A stretch of DNA of 34,139 nucleotides from an uncultured Thermotogae bacterium (GTDB lineage Bacteria; Bipolaricaulota; Bipolaricaulia; M55B111), in assembly GCA_964513485.1 (NCBI GenBank), contig CAZENJ010000007.1, positions 1 to 34,139 on the forward strand, in the 5' to 3' direction. The notes under the pieces are model-generated. The model searched no databases. It was not told where the DNA came from and saw only the letters and a program-made list of their open reading frames with translations. Both the position numbers and the translations under genes were made by a program. Below, piece after piece: positions 1 to 8,591 of the stretch (the first letter of the stretch is position 1; each line of letters starts with the position of its first letter).

Positions 1-1173
1 GAAACGAGAAAGGAACAGGGCTGGCTGAGCCAGGTCTATGCGGACCTGGCTCGGATATTTGACCTGGTACCGAAGTACCTGGAGGAGGAAAGGTCCGTCT
101 CGATCGCCTACTACGGTAATATCGTCGACCTGCTCGACTATATAGTCGAAAACGAGATAGACGTCGATCTCCTCTCCGACCAGACCTCCTGCCATGCCGC
201 CTACTCCGGGGGCTACCACCCGGTGGGCTATACCTACGAGGAGAGCCGGCAGCTGCTGAGCCAGGAGCCGGAGCGGTTCAAAGAGGAGGTTGATAGGTCC
301 CTGGAGAAACACTTTCACCTGATCCAGCAACTGGTCGAGCGAGGTGCCTACTTCTTCGACTACGGCAACAGCTTCATGAAGGCTGTTTACGACGCGGGCG
401 TGACTGAAATCGCAAAGAACCCCGCCGACCCCAGTTCCGGCTTTATCTTCCCCTCCTACGTCGAGGACATCATGGGACCGGTCTTCTTCGATTACGGCTA
501 CGGACCCTACCGCTGGGTCTGTCTGTCGGGCAAGAAGGAGGACCTAAGCAGGACCGACCAGGCAGCGGCGGAGATGATCGACCCCGACCGGCGCTCCCAG
601 GATTACGACAACTACGTCTGGATCCGGGACGCGGAGGAAAACGACCTGGTCGTCGGTTCGCAGGCGAGAATCCTCTACACGGACGGACCGGGCAGAGTTG
701 CCATGGCGCTTGAGTTCAACAGGCTGGTCCGGGAGGGCGAGATCGGCCCGGTGATGATCGGCCGGGACCACCACGATCCCGGCGGAACCGACTCCCCCTA
801 CAGGGAGACCTCCAACGTCGAGGACGGCAGCAATATCATGGCCGAGATGTCAGTCCACGACTTCGCCGGCAACGTCGCCCGCGGCATGACCATGGCCGTG
901 GAGAGCAACGGCGGCGGCGTCGGAATCGGCAAGTGCTTCAACGGTGGCTTCGGCCTGGTGCTGGACGGGAGCAAAAGAGTGGACGAGATCATCAAATCGG
1001 CCATCGACTGGGACGTCCACGGCGGAGTCGCCAGGCGGTCCTGGGCGCGGAACGAACACGCCGTCGAGACGATGATCGAGTGGAACGAGCGAAAAGGTGC
1101 AATGGGCCACGCCACGTTGCCCTATCACGCGGATGAGGATCTGATAGCGAATGCGATCGAGGAGAAATCGTAA
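1..1173 (+). CDS. hutU: Urocanate hydratase (urocanase), C-terminal roughly 390 aa; 5' end lies outside the window
   Basis: Frame 1 is open from base 1 (ETRKEQGWL...DQTSCHAAYSGGYHPVGYTYEE), so the listed ORF at 223 is only the first in-frame Met. Urocanase-typical stretches: FFDYGNSFMKA, SYVEDIMGP, FDYGYGPYRWVCLSG, GRDHHDPGGTDSPYRETSN. Neighbouring hutI supports the call. Confidence 0.9.
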   Translation, partial: ETRKEQGWLSQVYADLARIFDLVPKYLEEERSVSIAYYGNIVDLLDYIVENEIDVDLLSDQTSCHAAYSGGYHPVGYTYEESRQLLSQEPERFKEEVDRSLEKHFHLIQQLVERGAYFFDYGNSFMKAVYDAGVTEIAKNPADPSSGFIFPSYVEDIMGPVFFDYGYGPYRWVCLSGKKEDLSRTDQAAAEMIDPDRRSQDYDNYVWIRDAEENDLVVGSQARILYTDGPGRVAMALEFNRLVREGEIGPVMIGRDHHDPGGTDSPYRETSNVEDGSNIMAEMSVHDFAGNVARGMTMAVESNGGGVGIGKCFNGGFGLVLDGSKRVDEIIKSAIDWDVHGGVARRSWARNEHAVETMIEWNERKGAMGHATLPYHADEDLIANAIEEKS

Positions 1174-1203
1174 TCCAGCGCGAAAAGCAGCCGGCACAAT
1201 TAG

Positions 1204-2487
1204 TTAAAAATTCGGTTCCCCTTTTTGCCAGATCGTCTCGCCCAACTTGATCACCCGTTTTGCCGAGTTAGCACCGATATGGTAGGCCAGGTGTCTGTAG
1301 TCGGGGGCATCGATTACCACCAGATCGCCCTGCTTGCCCGGTTCGATCGTTCCGGCCCTATCCGCCATATCGACAGCGGCCGCGGCATTCAGGGTAAGGG
1401 CGGTAATCGTTTCTTCAATGGTCAGGTTCATATACAGGGTAGCGAGGGAGAAGAGTAACGGTATTGATTCGGAATAACAGCTACCGGGATTGAGGTCCGT
1501 GGCCAGGCTCACGGGTAAACCGTGGTCGATCATCCACCTGCCCCGGGCGTATTTCTCCTGCAGGCTGAAGGCGGTTATCGGAAGTAAGACGGCGATAACG
1601 CCATTTTCCTTCATCATCCGTAACCCGTCCTCGGAGGCTTTTAAGAGGTGATCCGCGGAGATGGCACCGACCTCGGCCGCCAGTTCTGCGCCACCGGTTC
1701 CTGCTATTTCGTCGGCGTGAATCTTCGGAACCAGACCTAATCCTTTCCCCCTTTTCAGGACTTTTCGGGATTCTTCAACCGTAAAAGCACCTCTGTCGCA
1801 AAATACGTCGCAGAATTCTGCTCCCCGCTCGGCTGCCAGCGGGGCAATATCTTCGACGACGAAGTCGACGTATTCTTCCCGCCTGTCGGCATATTCTTCC
1901 GGAACTGAATGGGCGCCGAGGAAAGTCGGCCTGACGTCCAGCGGGGTTTCCTCGTTCAGCTCGGTCATTACTCTTAACTGTTTTAACTCGGTATCTTTGT
2001 CCAGCCCGTAGCCGGTCTTTCCTTCAACCGCAGTTACGCCGAGTCCAACCATGGATCTCAGCCGTTCCCTTGCTTCCCGTTTTAGCTCGGCGAAACCGGC
2101 TTTTCTGGTTGACCTGACGGAGCTGGCTATACCGCCGCCCTCTTCCGCGATTTCTTCGTAACTTTTTCCCTCGAGCCTCATCTGAAATTCCTCTGCCCGG
2201 TAGCCGGAAAAGACGAAGTGCGTGTGGGGGTCTATGAGTCCCGGCAGGACCGGTCCACCCTCGGCGTCGACGACGCTTGCTTCGTCTGTATTTGAGCCCG
2301 TAAAGTCTCCCCGGCTTCCTATTTCCCGGATCGTCCCGTCTTCAATCAGGATCTCTCTCTGTTGCGATACGGAAAGCCGGTTCATCTCCGAGCCAAACTG
2401 CGCTTCGCTGCCTTCCGGCGTTACGAGCTGGCCGATATTTTTTACGATCGTCCGGTTCTTCTCGTTCGTGGTATCAGTTTCGTTCAT
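1204..2487 (-). CDS. hutI: Imidazolonepropionase (amidohydrolase superfamily)
   Basis: 427 aa. Metal-binding GLIDPHTHFVFSG motif, KIHADE and SADHL motifs, and length typical of HutI. Convergent with hutU. Confidence 0.9.
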   Translation of the reverse strand: MNETDTTNEKNRTIVKNIGQLVTPEGSEAQFGSEMNRLSVSQQREILIEDGTIREIGSRGDFTGSNTDEASVVDAEGGPVLPGLIDPHTHFVFSGYRAEEFQMRLEGKSYEEIAEEGGGIASSVRSTRKAGFAELKREARERLRSMVGLGVTAVEGKTGYGLDKDTELKQLRVMTELNEETPLDVRPTFLGAHSVPEEYADRREEYVDFVVEDIAPLAAERGAEFCDVFCDRGAFTVEESRKVLKRGKGLGLVPKIHADEIAGTGGAELAAEVGAISADHLLKASEDGLRMMKENGVIAVLLPITAFSLQEKYARGRWMIDHGLPVSLATDLNPGSCYSESIPLLFSLATLYMNLTIEETITALTLNAAAAVDMADRAGTIEPGKQGDLVVIDAPDYRHLAYHIGANSAKRVIKLGETIWQKGEPNF

Positions 2488-2569
2488 GTGTCTTCAACAC
2501 CTCGGAAAATGTCGCCAGTCAAGAACCCCGCCCTCGGGATCGATGAAACGGACGGAAGTCGTTATTTGC

Positions 2570-3472
2570 TTAAAGATCCTCCAGCAACCTGTTCTCGATA
2601 ACCTGGTCTCCGGAAAAGTTGTCGAGCTTCAGGTAATGCTCGGCCACGTTTAGAAGGGCTTCCACGGGGACCAGACCGACGATTTCACTCTCCTTTATGC
2701 CTGTTCCGTGTCGCTCGGCTTCGATCCGGATCAGCTCGAAGGTCTGCTGGAGCGACGTCCTGGTATAATCCGTCATATTCATCGAGACCTGCACCGCCTC
2801 TTCTTCTTCCAGGTCGACGCCCATTGCTTTGCAGTACCGAAGCCCGCCGCTCGAATGTCGGACCGCCCGGGCAATCTCCCTGGCGACGGAGAGATCGTCG
2901 GTATCAAGATTTACGTTAAATGCCACAAGTGGTTTGCGGGCCCCGACCGCGGTAACTCCGGCAGTCGGGTGAACTTTGTCCGGACCGAAGTCCGGTTTCC
3001 AGTTTCCCCTGGTAATTTTTTCCGGAAAACCTTCGAATTCGCCCCGGCGTATTTCGGCCAGGTTCTTTCGTTCCGGCCTCGTGGCAGCCTCCTCGTAGAG
3101 ATAGATCGGTATTTCGTACTTTTCCCCCGCTTCCTCGGCCAGCCTCTTTGCCAGCTCGATCGCCTCGGTCATGGTCACGTTTCTGACCGGCGTAAAGGGA
3201 ACCACGTCCGTGGCGCCCATCCTGGGATGTTCCCCCTGGTGTTCATTCATGTCTATCCGGTCGACGGCAACGCCCATCGATTCCAGGGTCGCCTGAAAAA
3301 GTCCGTCCGGACTGCCCACGTTTGTTACGACCAACCTGTTGTGAGCGGGATCGGCCGAATAATCGAGTAACTTCACGGCCTCGTTTTTCTCGAACGGCTC
3401 CACTATCCTTTCTATCGTTTCTTCGTCCTTCCCGACGCTGTAATTCGGAACCGACTCAAGAATTTTAGTCAT
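2570..3472 (-). CDS. ftcD: Glutamate formimidoyltransferase (FtcD N-terminal type, no cyclodeaminase domain)
   Basis: 300 aa. Starts ...ESVPNYSVGKDEETIERIV and contains HPRMGATDVVPF, both characteristic of formiminotransferase. Strong RBS (GAGGAGG) upstream. Sits directly upstream of hutI on the same strand. Confidence 0.85.
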   Translation of the reverse strand: MTKILESVPNYSVGKDEETIERIVEPFEKNEAVKLLDYSADPAHNRLVVTNVGSPDGLFQATLESMGVAVDRIDMNEHQGEHPRMGATDVVPFTPVRNVTMTEAIELAKRLAEEAGEKYEIPIYLYEEAATRPERKNLAEIRRGEFEGFPEKITRGNWKPDFGPDKVHPTAGVTAVGARKPLVAFNVNLDTDDLSVAREIARAVRHSSGGLRYCKAMGVDLEEEEAVQVSMNMTDYTRTSLQQTFELIRIEAERHGTGIKESEIVGLVPVEALLNVAEHYLKLDNFSGDQVIENRLLEDL

Positions 3473-3483
3473 GAGTTACCTCC

Positions 3484-4527
3484 TCATTTTTCGATCCTTA
3501 ATTTTTCGATTAAATCGGACTCTCTTGCCAGCGGTTCGATCTCAAAGGTCTCAGATCCGCCGTCCTTTTCCAGGATAACCTCCAACTTTTCCTCGTCCCT
3601 GCCCTGACTGTATCGTCCGGTTAACCGCGCGGCGAGGGTTACGTCCTCTTCGGCAGCGCCCTCTGTAATCAGTGTCAGAGGACCGGGAAAATCGGAAACC
3701 CTCAACCTCCAGTAAGCGGAAGCGAATTCCTCCAGCCGGGCGTTCTCCTCTTCATTTCTGCCGATTATCGCTTTCCCCCCCTCCGGCAGGCGAAAGTGCC
3801 GGCCGTTTTTGAGAAGCTTGAGGTCCCTTGCCGTCGTAGCCTCTTTCCCCTTGTGTTCGAACACCTCGTTAATTCGGTGGCCGAACTCTTCTTCGGTGAG
3901 CAGACAGCCCCCGGCCGGCTGGCTGTAGTGGTCTATCCCGTATTGCTCGGCGAGTTCCAGCTGCCGCTTGCGGGACCGGCCTTCTATATCCAGGAGTTTT
4001 TCTCGCTCGACCCATCCCTCTTTTTCCGGCAGGGTTGGAGGAAGCAGCCTGGCGGATAACGGTCGAAGCAACCGCTCGTCGATATCGCTTTCATTTTGGA
4101 TCAAATTTAGAGTATCTTTTCTCTGCGTCATCGGGCGTTGCCCCAGTACTTCTCCCGTGATGATGAAGTCCGCCCCGATCCTCTCCATGTATTTTTTCGC
4201 CTGGTTTAAAATCAATATTCTGCAGTCCAGGCACGGGTTCATCGCGGAACCGTAACCGTGCTCGGGTGACTTTATAATCTCCAGATAGTCCTCTTCCGGG
4301 ACGTCAAGCAGCCTGATTTCTATTCCGAGGTCCCTTTCGATCTCCTCGAAAAGTTCTTCGTCGTCCTCGCTAATAAAGCCGGTGCGAAAGTTGACCCCGA
4401 TAACCTCCACTCCCTGATCGACGATCAGCTTTGCCGCCAGCTGACTGTCCATACCGCCGGAAACCAGAGCCAGCGCACTTATCCTCTTGTTTTCAGCGTG
4501 CACCTTATGATCTACCTCACAGTTCAT
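3484..4527 (-). CDS. PP-loop ATP pyrophosphatase, ThiI/MnmA-like putative tRNA sulfurtransferase lacking a THUMP domain
   Basis: 347 aa. SGGMDS PP-loop motif near the N-terminus. PCLDCRILI...GADFIITGEVLGQRPMTQ resembles the ThiI/MnmA catalytic core. The precise substrate cannot be assigned by eye. Confidence 0.6.
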   Translation of the reverse strand: MNCEVDHKVHAENKRISALALVSGGMDSQLAAKLIVDQGVEVIGVNFRTGFISEDDEELFEEIERDLGIEIRLLDVPEEDYLEIIKSPEHGYGSAMNPCLDCRILILNQAKKYMERIGADFIITGEVLGQRPMTQRKDTLNLIQNESDIDERLLRPLSARLLPPTLPEKEGWVEREKLLDIEGRSRKRQLELAEQYGIDHYSQPAGGCLLTEEEFGHRINEVFEHKGKEATTARDLKLLKNGRHFRLPEGGKAIIGRNEEENARLEEFASAYWRLRVSDFPGPLTLITEGAAEEDVTLAARLTGRYSQGRDEEKLEVILEKDGGSETFEIEPLARESDLIEKLRIEK

Positions 4528-4645
4528 GATAAATTTTCTGTTTCTTCTTAATCATCAATTAAACTAGGTTGCGGGGTCAATTTCTATACCCCGAGAGGGA
4601 TTGCGGGGAAAAACTCCCGTGCCGGTTAATTCCCTCGCGCGGCCA

Positions 4646-5863
4646 TTAGAAACCATCGTTGAAGTAAGTCTCCTGCGGAAGAAAGGCGGCTCGTAAGAGT
4701 GGTAATTTATTTTTGTTCTTGACTTTCATATTATCGGACACACAGAGCTGTTTCGGGCTGAGATAACCTGTATAAAGCTGTGCCAGAGAACCGATATCGA
4801 GAGAGAAGTCCACCTCTGACGAAGTTTCCTCGTGCTGGACCCTGCATTTGCGGGAATCCTGAGAAAAATTCAGGGTGAAGGTACCCTGGTTCGCTGCCAG
4901 GAGAGAATCGGTAATTTCAAAAGTTATTTCTCCTTCTATTCCCGTATCGTAGACCAAACTTTCCAGGGCAGCCTCTACGTCTACTATTCGGAACATTACT
5001 CCCGGATTTAACTCGGTCTCTACACTGCGTGGATCCTCGACTAAGTCCAGCAGGGTTAAGTTTTCAGGTAACGGTCCGGGAACCCCTACCTTTTTCACCT
5101 GGGAGCCATGATTATAGAGAAACCTTAAAAGTTGATAGAAAGTTTCCCCGTCCCGGTAAACCAGTTCTTTTACTTTTAGGTCTTTTTTCCATTCGTCTTC
5201 AGAGCTTTCTTGCAGGGAGTAAAGTACGTACCCTTTGGCCTCGCCATCGTTTTCCCAGAGATAGCAATAACTTCTTTCCTTCCAGGGATTGAACTTTCGG
5301 TTGTTCCACCAATCGGAAGTTCGCCGGAGAGGCAGGTTAAATTGACGGGCGAAATCGTGATATAAGGGCTCGATTTCTTCGTATTCCTCGAAGGTAATCT
5401 TACGAAAACTTCCCAGCTTTTCGGTCCGCTCGAAATCTAGCTCTTCAGGACCTAAGAAATAAATATGTGATTGGTCGCAGACTCTCCAGCCGAGCCTGTT
5501 GTAGAAAGGATAGGAGAAGGGCCAGAGGGCGGACAGGGTTATCCCTCTGTCCCTGAGTTCTGACAGAATTTCCCCCATCATAGTTCTGATGTAACCCTGG
5601 TGTCTGTTCTCCGGTCGAGTCGCAACCATACTTATTCCACCGACTGTCAGCCAGTCTTCCCTTATGTGGGACGACAGCTCATGAATGCTGGAAATTGCCA
5701 GCAATTCTCTATCTTTGTAAATCCCTCTTCTTTCCCCTACGCCATCCCAGAAATCCTCTTCGCTATCGTAACTATCCTCCTCCTCGTGGGGCCTGAAGGC
5801 GTAATGCAGTAAATGGTGAAACTCTTCTCGCTGATCGTCGGGTACTTCTCTGTAAGTGACCAC
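4646..5863 (-). CDS. Eis-type GNAT N-acetyltransferase (GNAT-GNAT-SCP2-like architecture)
   Basis: Motifs RPENRHQGYIRTMMGEIL and LWPFSYPFYNRLGW, about 400 aa, Eis-like. The longest ORF runs to 5941, but a GTG at 5863 is preceded by GGAAAGGAGGG at good spacing and gives an Eis-typical N-terminus, so I prefer 5863. Confidence 0.75.
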   Translation of the reverse strand: MVTYREVPDDQREEFHHLLHYAFRPHEEEDSYDSEEDFWDGVGERRGIYKDRELLAISSIHELSSHIREDWLTVGGISMVATRPENRHQGYIRTMMGEILSELRDRGITLSALWPFSYPFYNRLGWRVCDQSHIYFLGPEELDFERTEKLGSFRKITFEEYEEIEPLYHDFARQFNLPLRRTSDWWNNRKFNPWKERSYCYLWENDGEAKGYVLYSLQESSEDEWKKDLKVKELVYRDGETFYQLLRFLYNHGSQVKKVGVPGPLPENLTLLDLVEDPRSVETELNPGVMFRIVDVEAALESLVYDTGIEGEITFEITDSLLAANQGTFTLNFSQDSRKCRVQHEETSSEVDFSLDIGSLAQLYTGYLSPKQLCVSDNMKVKNKNKLPLLRAAFLPQETYFNDGF

Positions 5864-6124
5864 TTTCCCTCCTTTCCGTAAGTTCTGCTTAATTAATACC
5901 TGATGGTTAAGTATAATAACGTATTTCCGAACTCTTGTCATCAGATCAGAAAGGGGATAGCTCTGCCCCCGACGATAACGAGGTGAAATTCTATTACCAA
6001 GATTAGCTGAGAACCCTCAGGGCTACCTCTGAGGTTGAATTTGCTGGTTTTTCGGTCGAGAAAAAACATTGGATTGGAGAGCACGTCCCGTTAATATTTG
6101 AGGGCAATAGAATTGGGGATAATT

Positions 6125-7219
6125 ATGGATAATCTTTTGATCAAACCGACCGGTCCGAACTGCAACCTTGCCTGCGATTATTGTTTCTATCTCGAGAAAT
6201 CGTCGCTCTACCCCGGGAAAAACCGGATGGAACTATCCACCGCAGAAAACATGATTGCCCAGATGATGGAAAAAGGGGAACCGGTAACCTTCTCCTGGCA
6301 GGGGGGAGAACCGACCCTGATGGGTCTGGACTTCTTTCGGGAAGTAATAGAACTCCAGAAAAAGCACGGCTCCGGGGGTCAGAGCGTCACCAATACCATC
6401 CAGACAAACGGCCTGCTGTTGAACGAAGCCTGGATGAAGTTTCTGGCCAAATACAACTTCCTGGTCGGCCTCAGCCTGGACGGACCGAGAGATCTGCATG
6501 ATGCCAACAGAAAGTATCCGAACGGGGAAGGAAGTTTTGCCGATGTTATGGAAGGGGCCGAGCTCTTACAGGAGTACGAAGTCCCGTTCAACCTCCTGAC
6601 CGTCCTGAACTCTCGCACGGTGCAACAGCCCAAACGGATAGTAAACTTCTTCCTCCAGAATGACTTTACTCATTTTCAGTTTATCCCGGCGATAGAGACG
6701 CGGGAGACCGACGAAGGTGAAAGAGTTGCACGATTTTCCCCCGAACCGGAAGAGGTCGGCAGGTTTCTGGAAGCAGTGTTCGAAAAGTGGGCGGCCGACT
6801 TTCCACCCCCCTTCAGCGTGCGTTACTTCGAATCCCTGGTAAATACCTGTCTCGGTCAGGATCCCGGCATGTGCAGAATAGATGCCTCCTGCGGCTCCTA
6901 CCTGGTGGTCGAGCACAACGGTGACGTCTACCCCTGTGACTTCTTCGTCGAAGAAGACTGGAAGCTGGGAAACCTGAACGAGAGTAGCTTGAAAAGGATC
7001 CAGAACGGGGAGAGGTTCGAAGAGTTCGCCGCGGCCAAGGCCGAGTTCTCCGCAGAGTGCCATGACTGTGACTACCTGCCCTACTGCTACGGCGGCTGTC
7101 AACGCTACCGGGGGCTGCCCGGAGGGCCGGAAAAGCGCAGCTACTTGTGTCAGGCCCACAAATACTTCCTTTCCCGCAACCTGGAGAAAATTAAGGAGAT
7201 AGCCTCCCGGGTACGATGA
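6125..7219 (+). CDS. Radical SAM/SPASM enzyme of the anaerobic sulfatase-maturating enzyme (AnSME) type
   Basis: N-terminal KPTGPNCNLACDYCFY (CX3CX2C). WQGGEPTL, IQTNGLLL and VGLSLDGP blocks line up with AnSMEs as I remember them. C-terminal SPASM cysteines (CGSYLVVEHNGDVYPCDFF ... CHDCDYLPYCYGGCQRYR). ATG at 6125 is preferred over TTG at 6098. Confidence 0.8.
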   Translation: MDNLLIKPTGPNCNLACDYCFYLEKSSLYPGKNRMELSTAENMIAQMMEKGEPVTFSWQGGEPTLMGLDFFREVIELQKKHGSGGQSVTNTIQTNGLLLNEAWMKFLAKYNFLVGLSLDGPRDLHDANRKYPNGEGSFADVMEGAELLQEYEVPFNLLTVLNSRTVQQPKRIVNFFLQNDFTHFQFIPAIETRETDEGERVARFSPEPEEVGRFLEAVFEKWAADFPPPFSVRYFESLVNTCLGQDPGMCRIDASCGSYLVVEHNGDVYPCDFFVEEDWKLGNLNESSLKRIQNGERFEEFAAAKAEFSAECHDCDYLPYCYGGCQRYRGLPGGPEKRSYLCQAHKYFLSRNLEKIKEIASRVR

Positions 7220-7370
7220 ATAGCCCAGATTTTGGGGAGCTAGCAAACAGGAAGATGAACTTTGTCCATTCAACTGGTGGCAATAATTGCCGGCTCGCTT
7301 TATCATAAGTTTCGAGCATCGCGTCGATCGCGGCACACCATAATAAAAGCTAAAAGTCGAGGTAGTTAAG

Positions 7371-8528
7371 ATGTACGTCGATAAGGTGTTTTGTGAAGAA
7401 TGTGGAACCGAGGTATCGGAAAACCGGCCGGTGACCGACTGCCCGCAGTGCGGGGAGCCGCTGAGGATAGACTACGATTTAGAACGGATCGGTAAAGAAA
7501 TAGATAGGGACCAAATTGAAAACAGGAAAGGCGATCTTTTTCGATACCGGGAATTACTTCCGCTAAAGGAAGCCCCGGTCACGCTTGGGGAAGGAGATAC
7601 GCCCGTTATCGAGTCCTCGGCTCTCGGTCCCGAAGCGGACCTTGCAGTCCATTTCAAACTGGAGTATTGCAACCCGACAGGATCCTTCAAGGACCGCGGC
7701 GTGGCAATGACGGTATCGAAGGCCAGGGAATGGGGAGTTGAAAAAGTTGCCGACGATTCGTCCGGCAATGCCGGGGCCGCGCTTGCGGCTTACTCGGCCA
7801 GGGCCGGCCTTGACTGTACGATCTACGTCCCGGAGAAGGCCTCCGGGGAAAAGATCGAGCAGGTAAAGAGCTACGGGGCAGAACTGCGAACGGTTCCCGG
7901 CCCGCGGAAAAATACGGCCGAGAAAATCCGTGAGGAGACGGAGGAAAGTAGTGTACACTACGCTTCCCACAATTTAAGTCCGTACTTTACGGAAGGGATG
8001 AAGACGATCGCTTACGAGGTAAGTGAGTATTTCGACTGGAACCCTCCGGAACACGTTGTTTTTCCCGTCGGCGGCGGGGCACTGCTGGTCGGTGTCTATC
8101 GGGGCTTTCGGGACCTCCTCCGCCTGGGGTGGATAGGCGAACTGCCCGCAATTTATGGAGTCCAGTCGAAAGCATGTGACCCGGTCGTTCGGGCCTTCGA
8201 GGCTTCGCGAGAAGACATCGAGCCGGTGGACGTCGAGCCGACGATCGCGGAAGGTATCCACATAGGCAACCCGGAAAGGGGCCGAGAGATTCTGACGGCA
8301 ATACGCGATACGGGTGGGCGGGCGCTGGCGGTTGCAGAGGCAGAGATCCGGCGAACTCATAAAAGTCTCGCCGAGCGAGAAGGTATATACGCGGAGCCGA
8401 CTTCGGCGACACCGATCGCCGGACTGCCTGAATTGAGCCGGCGAGGGGTTATCGGCTCTGGTGATAGGGTGCTTGTACCGATCACCGGCTTCGGGTTGAA
8501 GGATGTTCGGGTGGGAGAGCGTAATTGA
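7371..8528 (+). CDS. thrC: Threonine synthase (PLP-dependent, short archaeal/thermophile-type with N-terminal CxxC...CxxC zinc ribbon)
   Basis: 385 aa. CEECG...CPQCG zinc ribbon, PLP-lysine motif NPTGSFKDRG, glycine-rich PVGGGALL loop. RBS GAGGT upstream. Related ThrC-like enzymes cannot be excluded by eye. Confidence 0.75.
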   Translation: MYVDKVFCEECGTEVSENRPVTDCPQCGEPLRIDYDLERIGKEIDRDQIENRKGDLFRYRELLPLKEAPVTLGEGDTPVIESSALGPEADLAVHFKLEYCNPTGSFKDRGVAMTVSKAREWGVEKVADDSSGNAGAALAAYSARAGLDCTIYVPEKASGEKIEQVKSYGAELRTVPGPRKNTAEKIREETEESSVHYASHNLSPYFTEGMKTIAYEVSEYFDWNPPEHVVFPVGGGALLVGVYRGFRDLLRLGWIGELPAIYGVQSKACDPVVRAFEASREDIEPVDVEPTIAEGIHIGNPERGREILTAIRDTGGRALAVAEAEIRRTHKSLAEREGIYAEPTSATPIAGLPELSRRGVIGSGDRVLVPITGFGLKDVRVGERN

Positions 8529-8591
8529 CTTTAAATATACGGAAAGATAACTCTCAATGAAGCCAGAAAAAACCTAACAAGGGGGGGAAGC

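Noticed and set aside
5942-6124. Hairpin CCTCAG-N8-CTGAGG (6015-6034) followed by a T-rich stretch, in the divergent Eis/rSAM promoter region, as a possible sRNA terminator.
   Set aside because: The stem is only 6 bp, there is no upstream + strand gene to terminate, and the region is needed for two divergent promoters. The evidence is insufficient to call a feature.
7254-7307. 17-codon ORF (MNFVHSTGGNNCRLALS) just downstream of the radical SAM/SPASM gene, as a possible RiPP precursor.
   Set aside because: The purine-rich stretch abuts the ATG with no spacing. The peptide has a single Cys and no leader-like features. Such short ORFs are expected by chance. It is worth a glance only if conserved in relatives.
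6566-7336. 256-aa ORF antisense to the radical SAM gene. Similar long antisense ORFs occur at 14574-15368 (264 aa), 18316-19074 (252 aa), 23894-24679 (261 aa) and 23348-23875 (175 aa).
   Set aside because: Each lies fully opposite a gene with unmistakable family motifs. Their translations are Arg/Pro/Gly/Ser-rich low-complexity strings with no motifs or RBS. This is the usual stop-codon-poor antisense frame of a moderately GC-rich genome.
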